A stretch of DNA of 16,215 nt from a virus, in IMG/VR virus record IMGVR_UViG_3300032217_000984. The stretch is one strand, 5' to 3'. Position numbers and translations under genes: made by a program. A model generated the notes under the pieces. It did no database searches and was not told the DNA's origin. It worked only from the letters and a program-made list of their open reading frames with translations. Shown here in pieces: positions 14,497 to 16,215 of this stretch. The first letter of the stretch is position 1. Each line of letters starts with the position of its first letter.

Positions 14497-15064
14497 CTAT
14501 GGGCAGCGAATCCACCCGAGCTTGGCGCACCTTTGCGCAAAGACGGGGCTGCACCGCAACACACTCAGCCGTGCAATTTGCTCCATGAGGGCGAAAGGCA
14601 TAATCAGGACTTACGGCACCGGCAAGGCGCTAACGTACACCCTTGATATGCACTTTAAAGGTGACGGTACCGTCACCTTAAAGGGTACGCACCATCACCT
14701 TAAAGGTGACGCACCGTCACCTTTAAAGGTACGGGATCCTAACTACCAAAGAACTACTAAAGAACCACCCGCGGCTGACGCCGCAAATGGGGGGCGGGAA
14801 GGGTTCGATGAATTGGTCCAAAGGATCCGAGTCCGTGACCCGAGAGCCGACATTGACGCGCAGCGCCGCGTGTGTTCGCGGGTGATGGAGCAGCATGGAC
14901 TTGCCAAGGAAGACATTCCGCCAGCGTGGCGGCTGTTGTGCCTGAACTGGGCGCGCACTGGCAACGCGCCGTACGACACTTTGCAACGCATCGTGACCAG
15001 CCTGGAGGGCGCGCGCGACGTTCGTGCCGTCGTCCTGCACAAGATCAAGGGGGTGGCAGCATGA
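14456..15064 (+). CDS. Replication initiator, lambda-O-like (N-terminal winged-HTH, iteron-containing linker, C-terminal domain)
   Basis: LTPTERYVAIALADYG....PSLAHLCAKTGLHRNTLSRAICSMRAKGII is HTH-like. The start is uncertain: TTG 14456 after GGGGG, or GTG 14477 after GAAAGG. ATG 14279 would overlap the nuclease gene by 218 nt and encodes an R/S/G-rich junk-like peptide. Confidence 0.55.
   Translation: MTPTERYVAIALADYGQRIHPSLAHLCAKTGLHRNTLSRAICSMRAKGIIRTYGTGKALTYTLDMHFKGDGTVTLKGTHHHLKGDAPSPLKVRDPNYQRTTKEPPAADAANGGREGFDELVQRIRVRDPRADIDAQRRVCSRVMEQHGLAKEDIPPAWRLLCLNWARTGNAPYDTLQRIVTSLEGARDVRAVVLHKIKGVAA
14651..14732. repeat. Candidate origin of replication: four dyad-symmetric iterons (consensus about TCACCTT(T)AAAGGTGAC) spaced 22-23 bp apart
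   Basis: Copies lie at 14651-14665, 14672-14688, 14694-14710 and 14716-14732. A perfect 18-bp palindrome GGTGACGGTACCGTCACC lies at 14660-14677. All are inside the initiator ORF. Confidence 0.7.
14741..14765. repeat. Tandem 11-mer AACTAC(C/T)AAAG x2.3, AT-richer; candidate DNA-unwinding element next to the iterons
   Basis: AACTACCAAAG (14741-14751), AACTACTAAAG (14752-14762), then AAC. It begins 9 bp after the last iteron. Confidence 0.45.
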
Positions 15065-15357
15065 CCGAGATACCGAATGACATGTGTGGACCTTGGGAGC
15101 GCAAGCTCAAGCGCGCCCAGCGCAGCATTTCGACCGGGTCAATTCCCGTGGACGTGGTCGAAGATCTGATTGCAATGATTGTATTTCAGCATGAGGATCT
15201 GCGCGAGCAAGACCGCAAGTGGCGCGAGCGCGAGCGGTTCCTGGAGCGGCAAATCGTGATGTGCGGCGGCGGGTTCGATAAGCGCGGCCTTGAGGGCGAA
15301 CGCGCAGGAGTCATCGTGAAACACGGCATCCATGAAGTGATTGAGGATGCACCATGA
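15061..15357 (+). CDS. Hypothetical protein, 98 aa (charged/coiled segment EDLREQDRKWRERERFLERQ)
   Basis: Internal ATG 15061 overlaps the initiator stop (ATGA). The upstream part of the 14872 frame overlaps the initiator gene. Confidence 0.5.
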   Translation: MTEIPNDMCGPWERKLKRAQRSISTGSIPVDVVEDLIAMIVFQHEDLREQDRKWRERERFLERQIVMCGGGFDKRGLEGERAGVIVKHGIHEVIEDAP

Positions 15358-15884
15358 ACGACGATGTGAGTGGCGTCGGCGTTGGTCCCGGTGCGCGTCG
15401 CACCGGGGCCTACAGCCGCCGCAAGGGAAAGAACGGCGAGCTTGAAGCCTGCGTTGTCATGGAGGCCGTGCTGGGCTTCCCCTGGCGCCGCACCGCTCAA
15501 CGGCGTGGCGATGGCACCGCCGACATTGAACCCGTGGACGGCGGGCGCATTGCCATCCACGTCGAAGTGAAGCGATACCAGGGGGGGTTGAAGTGGTGGA
15601 CCAACCGGCTGGCGGGATCGGATCGCGTGCACCTGGTCGATGCAAGTGGGTTGCTCATTGCCCGAGTCGAAGCAATTCGTAACGCCATGTTGCAAGACGG
15701 CGACCTTGCAACTGCGCCAAGGCAGGGTTGCGCCGAGAAATGGATGAAGCAAGCCGTTCGGGATGCGGAAGACGGATTGATCCCGGTGGTGCTGTGTCGC
15801 CAGGACAGGGGGCCGTGGATCCTGGCATGGCGATACGCGGACGACGATGCCCTAATGGCCATTCTGCGGAGGGCAATGGCGTGA
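15354..15884 (+). CDS. Hjc-like PD-(D/E)xK nuclease (candidate Holliday-junction resolvase)
   Basis: RKGKNGELEACVVMEAVLGFPWRRT...GDGTADIEP...IAIHVEVKR matches the kG..gE....L..G....R...G....D....-EvK pattern of Hjc-type resolvases. ATGA overlap upstream. Confidence 0.5.
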   Translation: MNDDVSGVGVGPGARRTGAYSRRKGKNGELEACVVMEAVLGFPWRRTAQRRGDGTADIEPVDGGRIAIHVEVKRYQGGLKWWTNRLAGSDRVHLVDASGLLIARVEAIRNAMLQDGDLATAPRQGCAEKWMKQAVRDAEDGLIPVVLCRQDRGPWILAWRYADDDALMAILRRAMA

Positions 15885-16159
15885 AGCGCCTCCGATTCAA
15901 CGGAGGCCTAGGAGAGGCGGCTAAGGCCGTTGCTGTGCCACGCAGTAGAGGCGGCACATGGACCAGGCTGGCCAAGTTGCACAAGGCGTGTCATCCCCAG
16001 TGCGTCGATTGCGGCAGCATCGTCGGCATTGAGACCGATCACGTAATACCGTTGCACCTTGGCGGCACCAACGCGTGGGGCAACCTTGCCAGTAGGTGCC
16101 ATGAGTGCCACTCGCGCAAGTCTGCAATCGAACAGCAGAAGAGGCAAGGGCTTACGTAA
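15881..16159 (+). CDS. HNH endonuclease (terminase-associated position)
   Basis: GTG 15881 overlaps the upstream stop (GTGA). Motifs CVDCG...ETDHVIPLHLGGTNAWGNLASRCHECHSRK supply the zinc-ligand pairs and the H-N-H residues. It is the last gene before the terminase, as in HK97-like cos phages. Confidence 0.8.
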   Translation: MKRLRFNGGLGEAAKAVAVPRSRGGTWTRLAKLHKACHPQCVDCGSIVGIETDHVIPLHLGGTNAWGNLASRCHECHSRKSAIEQQKRQGLT

Positions 16160-16173
16160 TGCCACGAAAGCAG

Positions 16174-16198
16174 CCCCCCCCCGCCCCCCCGGGGGGGG
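16174..16198. other. C9-G-C7-G8 homopolymer block at the genome junction; C7G7 is self-complementary. Candidate packaging/cos-related element, or part of the TerL N-terminal coding sequence.
   Basis: Read directly. The C7G8 part is duplicated at 1-15. Confidence 0.5.
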
Positions 16199-16215
16199 CC
16201 ATTCCTGTTGGGCAC
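16184..16215. repeat. Right copy of the 32-bp direct terminal repeat
   Basis: Identical to bases 1-32. Confidence 0.95.

Noticed and set aside
1-16215. tRNA genes, CRISPR arrays, an integrase or attachment site, IS or transposase genes, and toxin-antitoxin pairs.
   Set aside because: I found no cloverleaf-like segments, no repeat-spacer arrays, no tyrosine or serine recombinase motifs and no terminal inverted repeats. The only repeats are the 32-bp terminal overlap and the ori iterons.

Overview
The window is a complete, circularly closed or terminally redundant genome of a very small, high-GC tailed phage. Bases 1-32 recur exactly at 16184-16215, so the unique unit is 16,183 bp. All convincing genes are on the + strand, and most are joined by overlapping stop/start signals (ATGA, GTGA, TTGA, TAATG), so it reads as essentially one long polycistron. 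Gene order: large terminase, portal, HK97-type prohead protease, HK97-fold major capsid, gp6-like connector, head-closure protein, gp10-like protein, tail-terminator-like protein, small tail tube protein, tail chaperone, an unusually short 234-aa tape measure, and three tail-tip proteins, the last carrying a GDSL/SGNH esterase motif. Next comes an enigmatic, translationally coupled block (10862-12858): a lipoprotein with a C-terminal TM helix, two micro membrane ORFs absent from the ORF track, a 17-Cys protein, a CxxC mini-protein and a 132-aa unknown. After an AT-richer gap comes the early/replication block: an RHH regulator, an annealase-like protein, a PD-(D/E)xK nuclease, a lambda-O-like initiator with an iteron origin inside its own coding sequence, a 98-aa unknown, an Hjc-like PD-(D/E)xK nuclease and an HNH endonuclease that abuts the terminase across the junction. 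I did not see an integrase, tRNA, CRISPR array, recognisable small terminase, canonical endolysin, helicase, primase or polymerase. All family calls rest on motifs I recognise by eye plus synteny. No database search was possible.
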